DNA of 64,000 nucleotides from a virus. Positions within the stretch are counted from its first letter, which is position 1; every line of letters begins with the position of its first letter. Below, one piece after another: positions 38,614 through 47,886 of this stretch. Both the position numbers and the translations under genes were made by a program. The stretch is from the IMG/VR virus record IMGVR_UViG_3300021963_000090, positions 1-64,000 of that record; one strand, given 5' to 3'. The notes under the pieces were generated by a model, which saw nothing but the letters and a program-made list of their open reading frames with translations, had not been told where the DNA came from and did not search any database.

Positions 38614-38988
38614 TTACTCCTTAGAGTATCCTAGTCCTTCTCCAATTCCGAATCCAGCCTGAGCTGCGAATCTTCCTTGTAGCGACACAACATCGTTGCT
38701 ATTAGCATTTATTCCTGCTGCTCTCAACTGTATGTCTTCAAAACTAGAAGCCTCCTTTTTATCTTCTTGATACTCACCTATATCTACTCCCTTTAAAGAT
38801 GCTTGGAACTTTTTTAGATCATGTTCCTTTTTCTTCAAAGCCTGGAAAGTATTTATAAGTTCTGGCATTGATAGATTTTCTTCAAGTTCATCGTAATTTT
38901 TCCAATGACCTAAAAGAAAAAGTTCTCCTTCTAAAGCGGCTAAGTCTAGTTCTGACCAGCCAGAACCGCTGCCGCTAGTAGGTTTGGG
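38614..38988 (-). CDS. Tail assembly chaperone, frameshifted C-terminal part (gpT-like)
   Basis: The -1 frame is open from the slippery site through ..GSGWSELDLAALEGELFLLGHW..LSMPELI.. to the stop at 38614. Confidence 0.8.
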   Translation of the reverse strand, partial: PKPTSGSGSGWSELDLAALEGELFLLGHWKNYDELEENLSMPELINTFQALKKKEHDLKKFQASLKGVDIGEYQEDKKEASSFEDIQLRAAGINANSNDVVSLQGRFAAQAGFGIGEGLGYSKE

Positions 38989-39278
38989 TCGTCAAGTTTA
39001 ATTCCTCCGCAAACTTCAAGGATGCGGTTCATTGTTGGAACATCAAGAGCGTCTTCGAATGCATCTCTATTTGCTACTAGTTCTGGTAATTGTCTTTCTA
39101 ATGCAATTGCACAGGCATCGATCAAGATGTTAAGTGTCTCATCTTCTGTTTGAGATTCGCCTGTCTTTTGTATTGCTATCATGAACTTACGAAGTTCTTT
39201 AATCGATAGTGGCTTTAGCTTTGCTATGTCACCATTTTGTAGAGTTACTTCTTCTACGTCATATACTGTTGTTGCCAA
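38946..39278 (-). CDS. Tail assembly chaperone (gpG-like)
   Basis: Between major tail protein and TMP; TTG start at 39278 with AGGAGG SD. Confidence 0.85.
   Translation of the reverse strand: MATTVYDVEEVTLQNGDIAKLKPLSIKELRKFMIAIQKTGESQTEDETLNILIDACAIALERQLPELVANRDAFEDALDVPTMNRILEVCGGIKLDDPNLLAAAVLAGQN
38982..38988 (-). other. -1 programmed ribosomal frameshift heptamer C CCA AAC
   Basis: X XXY YYZ in the correct phase (GAC CCA AAC), followed by stem-loop AGCGGC..GGTTCTG/CAGAACT..GCCGCT. Confidence 0.8.
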
Positions 39279-39340
39279 TTTAATCCTCCTAGGATCTACT
39301 CTCAATCATTATACTAAAAATAATATACTAATACAACCAG

Positions 39341-39363
39341 AAAGCCCCTGATTTCTCAGGGGC
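39341..39363 (-). terminator. Intrinsic terminator after the major tail gene
   Basis: GCCCCTGA-GAAA-TCAGGGGC followed by TTTCT. Confidence 0.75.
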
Positions 39364-39384
39364 CCCATGGAATTAATTATTTAA

Positions 39385-40107
39385 TTATACTACCAATACA
39401 CGGTCAATAATCTTACCGTACTCTTGTCCTTCGTAGCCGCTCATAGCGGTTGGAAGAAGACGGAATGTTACTGGGAATGTGGTTGGGGCTGAACGAGCCA
39501 AAGTAAACTGTGACTGTTGTACTGAAAGAACACGACGTGCATAATATACACGCTCTGTCTGAGCACCTGATGTAGTTGGTGCTTGACCAACTGCAACAAG
39601 CTGACGCTCTGTTGGTGCAATACCAAGAGCACCTGCGGCTAGACCTAGAGTATCCTTCTTAGTTGTGCCTGTACCTGTTGAAATAATTGTGTTATCTTGT
39701 GTGATTGCGGTGTTATTGGTTGGATCGTCTGGCTGTCCGAAAACTACTAGAACGTTCTCTAGTGTTCCTTCTGACATTTCAGTTGCGATCATAACCTCCA
39801 TCGCTGACTTGAACAGCTTTGCTGTATCAAGAAGCTGGTCGACAGTTACTGAATCATATGTTGGATTGTATGTAATCTGCAAACCGTTGTTGGTAAAACC
39901 TACGTTTCTGTAATAGAAAGTACCAGACTCAACTGCGTTAAGTGTATCTGTATAGGATGTTCCTGTTACAAATGCACCAGCGTTAGTTGTTCCTGGCTCT
40001 GAGTTTTCGTATGTTGCGTATCCTGATGTTGTTGAATCAATGTTTGAAATAAACAACGGAGATGCACCTACGAGAATGTTTTTAGCATTACCTGCGTTTT
40101 GTGCCAT
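39385..40107 (-). CDS. Major tail (tube) protein
   Basis: NILVGA..VGFTNNGLQITY..VDQ..F.VTFRLL; position in the module; strong SD; followed by a terminator. Confidence 0.88.
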   Translation of the reverse strand: MAQNAGNAKNILVGASPLFISNIDSTTSGYATYENSEPGTTNAGAFVTGTSYTDTLNAVESGTFYYRNVGFTNNGLQITYNPTYDSVTVDQLLDTAKLFKSAMEVMIATEMSEGTLENVLVVFGQPDDPTNNTAITQDNTIISTGTGTTKKDTLGLAAGALGIAPTERQLVAVGQAPTTSGAQTERVYYARRVLSVQQSQFTLARSAPTTFPVTFRLLPTAMSGYEGQEYGKIIDRVLVV

Positions 40108-40227
40108 ATTGTGTTTCCACCTCCTGGAATTCTTTGGTTATTAAATTGTAAATCTAAAAATCTTGGCTGGCTAGGCCTCTTCCCTCTTGGTACAATTTTA
40201 GTCCATTAAGGGTAAAAAGGCAAACCC

Positions 40228-40740
40228 CTATAGGAATCTCCCTTGTCCGTCTGTAATTCTAGAATATTTAATTTCTAGAATGACCTCAGCGGCAAAGAAA
40301 CCTTGTAGCTCTTCTGATGGGGCAGTTGGAGAGATATCTGCTATCCAAATAGTATGGAATTTAAACTTATCTGATAGTTCTGCCCATTTGTTTATATCTC
40401 TAGCTGACTCATCCATACGCCTAAATTCATCAGTTAGATAGTTTCTGATCTCATTTATATCAGACACAGAGGTTGAATATAGGGTAAGCATTATTTGCTC
40501 ACAGCATATGAGCCAGTTATCCTCATATGACATTCCGACCTTATCATATACAATATGCTTCTTTCCGCTCAAGAACTGATTCATTTCTGCTGCCTGCTGA
40601 ACAGGAATAATTGGAACTATATTTTCATTTAAATTATCGCTCCAGTAGTCATCTTGGTCAAATATATTTCTAGAAGATAGTTGATCCCACAAATACTTTC
40701 TAAGTTCTAGCATTGCGTCTAACTTATAATTAGCTGTCAT
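40228..40740 (-). CDS. Tail terminator protein (putative)
   Basis: Synteny: directly before the major tail gene. Confidence 0.6.
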   Translation of the reverse strand: MTANYKLDAMLELRKYLWDQLSSRNIFDQDDYWSDNLNENIVPIIPVQQAAEMNQFLSGKKHIVYDKVGMSYEDNWLICCEQIMLTLYSTSVSDINEIRNYLTDEFRRMDESARDINKWAELSDKFKFHTIWIADISPTAPSEELQGFFAAEVILEIKYSRITDGQGRFL

Positions 40741-41522
40741 AGGGCACCTCCGAATGCTATAGCAAGTGCTGAGTCTGCCTGAGATCTAACAATATTAGGA
40801 GAAAACTTATATTGAACTTTTTTAATATTAGATGGAAGCTTCATAGCTTTAGTCAGTCTTGAATTAAATAAAGATTGAAACCCAGAATTTTTAATAGATG
40901 TATTTACTAACTGTCCGCTAAAAAATCTAGAATACGCAAGAGCAAACTGATTTCTTGCTGCTGACCCTCCAGGTCTTTTTACTGTAACTGGTGCACCTTT
41001 AGGCATAAATACTGTTTCTCCATTATATTCAAATACCAGTCTTTCCGCATTCTTTGGTCTAATAACTAATGGCAATCCTTCTTCCATTACTGCGGCTTTG
41101 TTAATAAACATATGTCGTCTTTTACCTTTACCAGTTGGAACCATAGATCTTGAAGGCTTAAATTCATAATTAATTCTAAAAGAAAGGCCTTGCTCAGAAA
41201 TTTTATTTATTTTAAATAGCCTTGCAGTTGGATTTCCAACCTTTTTCCACTCATACACATGGTGCAAAGACTTTGGTCTTGTTCTTGCAAGTGCGTCTAC
41301 ATAGTTACCAAAATCATCATTTATTTGATCAAATATTGTTTTTGTAAAAGCATTTTGAAACTGCTTGCTAGATGTTAGTTTTGCTATTACATTAGCTTGA
41401 TAATATATATACGCAGATACTTGAGCTACCGTACTATCTTTCAAAGTTCCGCCTGGACCAGATCCACCCATTAGTCTTTCTAGACCGCTAGATGCTTGAA
41501 CCAGAAGATTGCTATTGTCCAA
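40737..41522 (-). CDS. Neck/tail completion protein (putative)
   Basis: Synteny within the head-tail joining block. Confidence 0.55.
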   Translation of the reverse strand: MDNSNLLVQASSGLERLMGGSGPGGTLKDSTVAQVSAYIYYQANVIAKLTSSKQFQNAFTKTIFDQINDDFGNYVDALARTRPKSLHHVYEWKKVGNPTARLFKINKISEQGLSFRINYEFKPSRSMVPTGKGKRRHMFINKAAVMEEGLPLVIRPKNAERLVFEYNGETVFMPKGAPVTVKRPGGSAARNQFALAYSRFFSGQLVNTSIKNSGFQSLFNSRLTKAMKLPSNIKKVQYKFSPNIVRSQADSALAIAFGGAL

Positions 41523-41940
41523 TTTGCTGATTCTCCGATCTCTTCATAGATGAGTTATATGCTATCACACGGCCAAATGGGTCTGTGACTGGGGTTGTTC
41601 CCATTACTTCAAATACAGTTGGAGTCTCGCTAGGGAAATTGATTTCGTGCCAAATAACATTGCCATCGTTATCTCTAATGTTAGTAACTTTTTCTCTTGG
41701 AGTTAGTCTCTCAGATGTTCTAACCTGAATAATTTGATCGTTGATATACTTGTTTGAAAATACTTGTTTATCACTAGACCTAGTTGTTGCAGAGTTGCTA
41801 ATAACTCCCTTTGCATGGCATGCTACAGTTTTATAGTATGACCATTCACGAATAATAGCCCCAGTATCTGTATCTTGAACTTCAGTCTGCTTATAAACAT
41901 CTAGATGCATAGACAAGACTGAGTCTATTAGGTCGTTCAT
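41512..41940 (-). CDS. Head closure/stopper protein (putative)
   Basis: Q..DTGAIIREW; beta-rich; synteny. Confidence 0.6.
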   Translation of the reverse strand: MNDLIDSVLSMHLDVYKQTEVQDTDTGAIIREWSYYKTVACHAKGVISNSATTRSSDKQVFSNKYINDQIIQVRTSERLTPREKVTNIRDNDGNVIWHEINFPSETPTVFEVMGTTPVTDPFGRVIAYNSSMKRSENQQIGQ

Positions 41941-42923
41941 TATATAATTTCTACCTTTGTAGTAAGGACATAGTCTGCCAGCAATTTATCTGCATATGCA
42001 TTTCCTGTACCAGTATGTGCTTCTCCAGTATATTCAAAGTCCCAGTCAAATGTTGATATCTTCTTAATATACTTGTTTCTCCATACACTGTCTTTAGTAA
42101 AGTAGTCTTTCATTAATTCAATTGCCGCTAACTCTACGTCGTCTGGGACCTTTTCCCAACCAAATCTGCCCTGTACCTTGTAAGGTACCCCAGACTGAAA
42201 AACTCCAGAAGCATAATCATGTATGCTTGGCGGGACCATTCCATTTGCTGTATACACAGTATTGTCTAACATTCCTGCACGATTAATTTTAATTCCATAT
42301 CCTGTTTCAGAAACTTCTACTGGATAATTCCAATTGTCTATTTCATTAATTGTGTCTAATAGCAAAATGTCTCTGGCATACAATTCATGTAGGGTATTGA
42401 TTTTTGCTGGCAAAGGAAGAATGTCTGAATCATATCCATATACGACATAAAGATCATCGTACAAATAGAAACTCTGTCCTGTGTGCTGCTCTATCTGTTT
42501 ACGAGCATATCTTTCTGCTCTCACCAGTTCTTTATATGATTTATAATTTGGGTCTGAAGAATCTATGCTAAATCCTAGATCTTGAACGTGATTAAAGTCA
42601 ACATATGGGGTTACTACATAAACCTCATCCATACGTATTACATTTGTAGAGCCAATCATATACTCCCATTGAAGCCTCAATGTTTTATTTCTATCAGTAT
42701 ATTGATATGGAATATTTACGGCATATGCGCCAGGATTATTCTCGTCTGGAACAGATGTAAGAATTGTAAGTAAGTGTGTAGGATTGATTGCTGGACTAAT
42801 AGCAGGATCATTAGTTACATCATATAGCTTTACTATAGGAGTAGTGTCTGGTACTGTTACATCACCGTTCCAAAAAATCTGATGCGTAATTGGGGACTGT
42901 GTCCTAATTAATATCTCTGCCAT
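41940..42923 (-). CDS. Head-tail adaptor protein
   Basis: AERYARKQIEQHTGQSF..GW..VPDDVELAAIEL..TGNAYADKLL. Confidence 0.75.
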   Translation of the reverse strand: MAEILIRTQSPITHQIFWNGDVTVPDTTPIVKLYDVTNDPAISPAINPTHLLTILTSVPDENNPGAYAVNIPYQYTDRNKTLRLQWEYMIGSTNVIRMDEVYVVTPYVDFNHVQDLGFSIDSSDPNYKSYKELVRAERYARKQIEQHTGQSFYLYDDLYVVYGYDSDILPLPAKINTLHELYARDILLLDTINEIDNWNYPVEVSETGYGIKINRAGMLDNTVYTANGMVPPSIHDYASGVFQSGVPYKVQGRFGWEKVPDDVELAAIELMKDYFTKDSVWRNKYIKKISTFDWDFEYTGEAHTGTGNAYADKLLADYVLTTKVEII

Positions 42924-42937
42924 CTTATAGGCCTAGA

Positions 42938-43339
42938 TTAGTTGTAGTACTCCTGGACTTCCTTTGGAGTTGCTAATCTAAAGCCCTCCTCCTTATCAAA
43001 AATTTCTTGAGCCTTATCTTTATTCATTGCTACAAATGGGTGTTCTTTTGTGAACGTGTAACCCATAATATCATATCTAAAATTAGCTCTGGTCATTCTT
43101 ACTAATACTGTGTCTGCTGGCTGTTCCGCCTTTGGATCAAACTTAGGTAATACCTCTACTGACATATCTTCTTCGTCTTCTTCCATCTTATCAATGGTCT
43201 TGTTATATACAGACCAAGTTACGCCTTCTTCTGCGAGGGCGGCAATGATATCGGCTTTATTTTTTAGGCCTTCGGTTTCGACTGCAAAGTCTTCTGCAAT
43301 CTTTTTTAATTCAGATACCTTTAATGTCTCAAATGACAT
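42938..43339 (-). CDS. Hypothetical protein with N-terminal Rho-N/HeH-like helical domain
   Basis: LKVSELKKIA..LKNKADIIAAL; own promoter TGCTATAAT at 43369-43377. Confidence 0.7.
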   Translation of the reverse strand: MSFETLKVSELKKIAEDFAVETEGLKNKADIIAALAEEGVTWSVYNKTIDKMEEDEEDMSVEVLPKFDPKAEQPADTVLVRMTRANFRYDIMGYTFTKEHPFVAMNKDKAQEIFDKEEGFRLATPKEVQEYYN

Positions 43340-43393
43340 ATATATATCTCCTCATTCTACTCAAATCAATTATAGCATTACTAAATTAAAATG

Positions 43394-43424
43394 AAAAGCC
43401 CCCAAAATTAATTGGGGGCCTTTC
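43394..43424 (-). terminator. Intrinsic terminator after the capsid gene
   Basis: GCCCCCAA-TTAATT-TTGGGGGC followed by TTTTCATTTT. Confidence 0.8.
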
Positions 43425-43442
43425 TTACGGGTTAATTCCTAA

Positions 43443-44492
43443 TTAGGAAGCTACCTTAACGTTCTTAACAACGACCCAAGCGTCTGCTTGTTCGATCTGG
43501 ACACCAACACGAGTATACATTGTGTACTCAATTGAGTCCTTACGTGGCCAGAAGAAACGGTAAACGGTTACATCACGCTTGATACCAATAACAACGTTAT
43601 TTGGGAATGTCAAGTGGATATCTCCATGGTTACCTGTCTCACCTGTGTAGTCGCCATCTTGTGCTTCAGGAAGTAGTGGAACTTCAACAATCGGAATACC
43701 GAATGCGAATGGAGCCACATAACCTGCTGGACCACCTAGAGGCTGTACACCTTGTCCACGGATTACGCTTGAAGCGATATCCTGTGGGATAGTGTTGTTT
43801 GTTCCAATGCTGTTAGCATATAGGAAATCTTGGATAAGGTTTGAACCTGCCAAGAAGCGAAGGTCTGCACGGCGTTGCTTGTACTTACGTGGAAGAGCCT
43901 TAAGAGCGCTGTTAAATACAGCACGGCTTACTGCAGCTCCTGCAGCATCGACAACGTGACCGTTTGCCTTTGCCTTCTTAACTACACCATCAAATGCGCT
44001 GTAAAGCGGATCTGATCCTGCAGCATTACCATTAAGAACAACATCTTCAATGTCGTTACCTGCTTGTGTTGCCATCATTCTGGCAATATGATCTTCAAGA
44101 TCAGCACCCTCAATATTGTCTTCTAGAGACTCAGTTGAAAGTTCCCAATCTAGACGAAGCTTCTTTGTTGAAAGAGAGATCTTTGAGAAAGTAACAGCTG
44201 CATTTGTTGCAGTGTTATCTCCTTCAGTTGCGAGCTTCATAAGCTTCTCGCCGACTGACATACGATCAATCTCAGTTGTATCTGCTCTCATTCGGACAGT
44301 ACGTGCGACCTTTCCAATTACGGTTGCGTCGAACATGTAGTCTAGGAAGCGGGCAGATTGTTCTGGGTTTAGAAGACCACCTGTTTCAGATGCACCAACA
44401 TGAACTCCAGTTCCTGTAAGGGAACCACCGTTCATGCCTGCTGTTGCAGTTGTGCCTGCAGCAATAGTCTTTTCTAATGTTTCATTACTCAT
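43443..44492 (-). CDS. Major capsid protein (HK97 fold)
   Basis: GGLLNPEQ..LSTESLEDNIEG..LNG..FGIPIV..; after the protease and followed by a terminator. Confidence 0.92.
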   Translation of the reverse strand: MSNETLEKTIAAGTTATAGMNGGSLTGTGVHVGASETGGLLNPEQSARFLDYMFDATVIGKVARTVRMRADTTEIDRMSVGEKLMKLATEGDNTATNAAVTFSKISLSTKKLRLDWELSTESLEDNIEGADLEDHIARMMATQAGNDIEDVVLNGNAAGSDPLYSAFDGVVKKAKANGHVVDAAGAAVSRAVFNSALKALPRKYKQRRADLRFLAGSNLIQDFLYANSIGTNNTIPQDIASSVIRGQGVQPLGGPAGYVAPFAFGIPIVEVPLLPEAQDGDYTGETGNHGDIHLTFPNNVVIGIKRDVTVYRFFWPRKDSIEYTMYTRVGVQIEQADAWVVVKNVKVAS

Positions 44493-44513
44493 TTATATTT
44501 TCACCTACCTTTT

Positions 44514-45842
44514 TTAGTTAAAAATTTCATTCACGGAACCGAGGAAAGAACCGTTCCACTTTGATTTTTTGATTGTTACTTCCTGAGACCCGCCAAGGTC
44601 CGAGGACTTCTTAATTGCAGTCTCTGATTCTACTGCATCGACACGCTTTTCTACGCCATCAATCGTGTTCTTGATATTTTCTACAGCCTTTGAAAGTGCT
44701 GCATGCTGTTCTGCCAATTCTGAAATTCGGCTATCTACGCTCTTGCTGAATGTCTCAACTGTATCTTTAATAGTTGAAACTTGAGCAGCATTTGCTTCTG
44801 AAGCCTTACTTAGTGTATCCGAGAAAAAGCCTTTAAGATCGCCTAGCATCTTTGCAAAATCAGGTTCATCAACCATAACTTCTGATACGTCGGCTGCTTT
44901 TTCTAGAACTTCGGCAGAAGCGTCTGCTACTGCATCTGCAGGAGCTTCTTCAACAGCTGGTGCTTCCTCTGCGGGAGCAACTGCTGCTGTGTCTTCTACG
45001 GCTGCTTCTGGTGCTACTGCATCTTCTGCAACTACGTTTTCTGTATTATCTGACACTTCTTTACCTCCTTCTATGTCTGCCTGTTTTGCAATTTGTGTTT
45101 CAGGCATGGACAATCTTGACTTTTTGTGTAAATCAAGAATCTTATCTATTTCTTTTGCTTTGTTAACATCGTTTGATTCTACCCAACCGATCAATGTTGC
45201 AGGCTTACCTGTAACTGGGGAATCGTATGATGATTCTGTTGATACAAATACTGAATCACTGTCTGCACAGTAAAAAATATTTTCTGCTACAACTTCTGTT
45301 GCCATTCCTTTAAATACTAGCTGCCCGTTCATTTTCTGAACAGACAAGATGTTGCATAGCTCATTTGCTGGTGAGTCAACTACTGACAACTCCATCAATG
45401 CGTAATCTTTAATAAATCGAACTGTCTTACCAGTTGACTTGTTAACTTCGTTTTCTGAATCTACAATCTTTCCGCCGATTGAGAATCCTGCTAGAGTTCC
45501 ATCAAGAATCTTTTCCCAAGTATCTTGTGCACCCTTTGAAATGTATGCGTCTACATAAACTCCATTGTAAAATTCTTTTGTTGCTGGATCGTAAAATGTT
45601 TCTGGTCTGAATGAAACCATCTTACCAACTGCGTTTGATCCGTGCATTTCACGAATGTTTCCACGGAAATTTTCGAATGCTTTTAGGCTTGCTTCTGCTG
45701 AAACAACGTCGCCTGTTTGATCTAGATTATCGAGTGTCGCAAAACCAGAAACTGTGCGCTTTTCACGATTGACTTTTGTGAATGGCACAGATAAACTGAT
45801 GTTATCGCCATGTGAAGACCATAAAGATTTTTCAATATTCAT
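44514..45842 (-). CDS. Prohead protease fused to acidic/coiled-coil scaffold
   Basis: REMH, GFSIGG and ELSVVDSPAN protease motifs; Ala/Glu-rich linker; coiled coil. Confidence 0.9.
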   Translation of the reverse strand: MNIEKSLWSSHGDNISLSVPFTKVNREKRTVSGFATLDNLDQTGDVVSAEASLKAFENFRGNIREMHGSNAVGKMVSFRPETFYDPATKEFYNGVYVDAYISKGAQDTWEKILDGTLAGFSIGGKIVDSENEVNKSTGKTVRFIKDYALMELSVVDSPANELCNILSVQKMNGQLVFKGMATEVVAENIFYCADSDSVFVSTESSYDSPVTGKPATLIGWVESNDVNKAKEIDKILDLHKKSRLSMPETQIAKQADIEGGKEVSDNTENVVAEDAVAPEAAVEDTAAVAPAEEAPAVEEAPADAVADASAEVLEKAADVSEVMVDEPDFAKMLGDLKGFFSDTLSKASEANAAQVSTIKDTVETFSKSVDSRISELAEQHAALSKAVENIKNTIDGVEKRVDAVESETAIKKSSDLGGSQEVTIKKSKWNGSFLGSVNEIFN

Positions 45843-45895
45843 ATGCTTAATTTTATAGCGTTATTCACTATAACGCAAATAATGGTTGAGTAGGG

Positions 45896-47479
45896 CTAGT
45901 CGACTTGTCGTCCGTCACCCTGAGCATTTCTGCCTTCCCCAGAAATATCTGGTGAATTTGCAGACCTTTCGGAATCTCTAGTTCTAGTTTTACCAGCCTG
46001 TGCCCGAACCTCTGCCTGGGCCTGCGGCTTTAATTCTACAACTTTATCTCCGCCATCAAGTGGGACCATACCCATTCTAATTCTAACTTCATTAGGGGTA
46101 ATTACCTGCATTCTTAAATATCGCTCATCGATCTTAGACTGAGTATCTTCGTCGGTCAAGGTCAACTCATTGAATTTAAGAAGTAGGGCATCTGTCATTT
46201 CCTGAATAATTTTATTTAATTTCTTTTCTAAATTCATTTGAGCTGGACGACATACTTGCTCTCTAAACGTCTTATCAGCATCTCTTGCCACCGCCAAGTT
46301 AACTCCCTCTGGAGTTCCAATCTTATTAATTGGGACACGATGAGATAATAGAATTTCATCTCTATTAGATTTACGATACACGTTAAATGAAGACTCTTGA
46401 GTTCCTGCCTCAATTGGCTCCATCTTAAATTCAACCTTTGAGTCTGGTGAATCTGGTGGAAGTGGAATATATAGAGATCTGTGATTCTTTCCTCTTAGCC
46501 CAACCTGGAAAAATTCTAGAAGTTTACGCTCTGATTCTGTAGACAACTTAGCACCCTTTACAGTGATAATATATCTTGGAACCGCCTTGTTTTCAAAGTA
46601 GTCAAGGTTGTACTTGCCAGCAAACTCGTTTCCTGCCATCGCATTCTGTGATGCAATAATATCTGGAATACCGTAATAGTTATTTGTTGGTGTGTACTTC
46701 TTTAGATGAATAATTTCATTAGGACGCTCTAGGCCACCGTCAATTGGATTAGGAGTTTCTTGATCTCCGAAGTTACGGAAATAAACAGCCTTGCCATAAA
46801 GCAATTGAATAAAGCCATCACGCAAACGGCGAACTCGCATAGTCTTTGCTGGGATATGTCCAACATATCCAATCTTGCCTGCTGAGGTTCTACCAATTTC
46901 AAGGTATCCATTACCTGTTGCCTCAACATCTGTATAAGCCTTAATTAAAGTTTCTGTAAATGTTTCTTCTTCATTGCATTCCTCTAGCCAATCATAAAGA
47001 TCTTGACGAAGACGATTTAATTTACGACGTGCACGTTCTAGCGCTTTGTCGTCTGTAATGTTATCAAATGCTTCTTGTGTTTTTCTTGTCTCAACAAAGT
47101 CGTGGCCTAGGCCAACAATATTGGAAACCTTAGCATTAATTGCTGCATAATTGTATGGTGAAATTTCATAAATCTGTGAAAGGTAATCTAAGTTGTATGG
47201 TGGCTCAATAAGGTCAAACATCGCATAGCCAGTAATAGCTTGTGCAAGAAGATTCTGTTGTGTTTCTGTTCCATCAATTCCCTGGAAACGCTTTTGCAAA
47301 TCTCTATTCATCTTACGACGGAATGAAGCACCTAATCCAGATACTTTTGTTAAATCTTCTCCCTGAATTTTAAATGGGTCATTACTCTTTGATTCTACTG
47401 GAGCATTAAATCTCATCCAGTCTGCAACATTAGAAATTGATACTTCTTCTCCGCCTTCATCATCAATAAACTCTATCAT
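45896..47479 (-). CDS. Portal protein
   Basis: TGNGYLEI, EIIHLK..YYGIP, FENKAVP, HRVP..IG, ITPNEVR. Confidence 0.93.
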   Translation of the reverse strand: MIEFIDDEGGEEVSISNVADWMRFNAPVESKSNDPFKIQGEDLTKVSGLGASFRRKMNRDLQKRFQGIDGTETQQNLLAQAITGYAMFDLIEPPYNLDYLSQIYEISPYNYAAINAKVSNIVGLGHDFVETRKTQEAFDNITDDKALERARRKLNRLRQDLYDWLEECNEEETFTETLIKAYTDVEATGNGYLEIGRTSAGKIGYVGHIPAKTMRVRRLRDGFIQLLYGKAVYFRNFGDQETPNPIDGGLERPNEIIHLKKYTPTNNYYGIPDIIASQNAMAGNEFAGKYNLDYFENKAVPRYIITVKGAKLSTESERKLLEFFQVGLRGKNHRSLYIPLPPDSPDSKVEFKMEPIEAGTQESSFNVYRKSNRDEILLSHRVPINKIGTPEGVNLAVARDADKTFREQVCRPAQMNLEKKLNKIIQEMTDALLLKFNELTLTDEDTQSKIDERYLRMQVITPNEVRIRMGMVPLDGGDKVVELKPQAQAEVRAQAGKTRTRDSERSANSPDISGEGRNAQGDGRQVD

Positions 47480-47823
47480 CTTGTTCCCCCATTTTTAAGA
47501 GCCTTCATCTGGTCTTTATATTCACCGATATCTAAAGGATCTGGTGTAAGTCCCCACTTTAATCTTGTTTGCTGTTCTTCGAATTCTTCGTCGTTGATTT
47601 TTCGTTTACCCATAAGAAATTTAGGCCCGCCCTCATATATACCGTATGTGCGAACTTCTCTAGCCAAAGCATCGATTCTGGATCTATTGCCTTTTTTTGA
47701 CGTGACCGAAAGAAAGTTCCCATCATCGTCTCCAATCCAGCGACCATCTGGCATTTCCCAGACATAGATTCCGAGAGTTGTTTCGTCCTCGTTAAACTTT
47801 GCGCCTAATCTTTTGATATCCAT
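47476..47823 (-). CDS. Hypothetical protein upstream of portal
   Basis: ATGA-coupled to the portal; promoter TGGACT-N17-TAAAAT. Confidence 0.75.
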   Translation of the reverse strand: MDIKRLGAKFNEDETTLGIYVWEMPDGRWIGDDDGNFLSVTSKKGNRSRIDALAREVRTYGIYEGGPKFLMGKRKINDEEFEEQQTRLKWGLTPDPLDIGEYKDQMKALKNGGTR

Positions 47824-47886
47824 ATAGTTTTATTTTACCATTCTTTACAATCTAAGTCCAGCTTTTTGTCAAGGTATGTGACAAAT

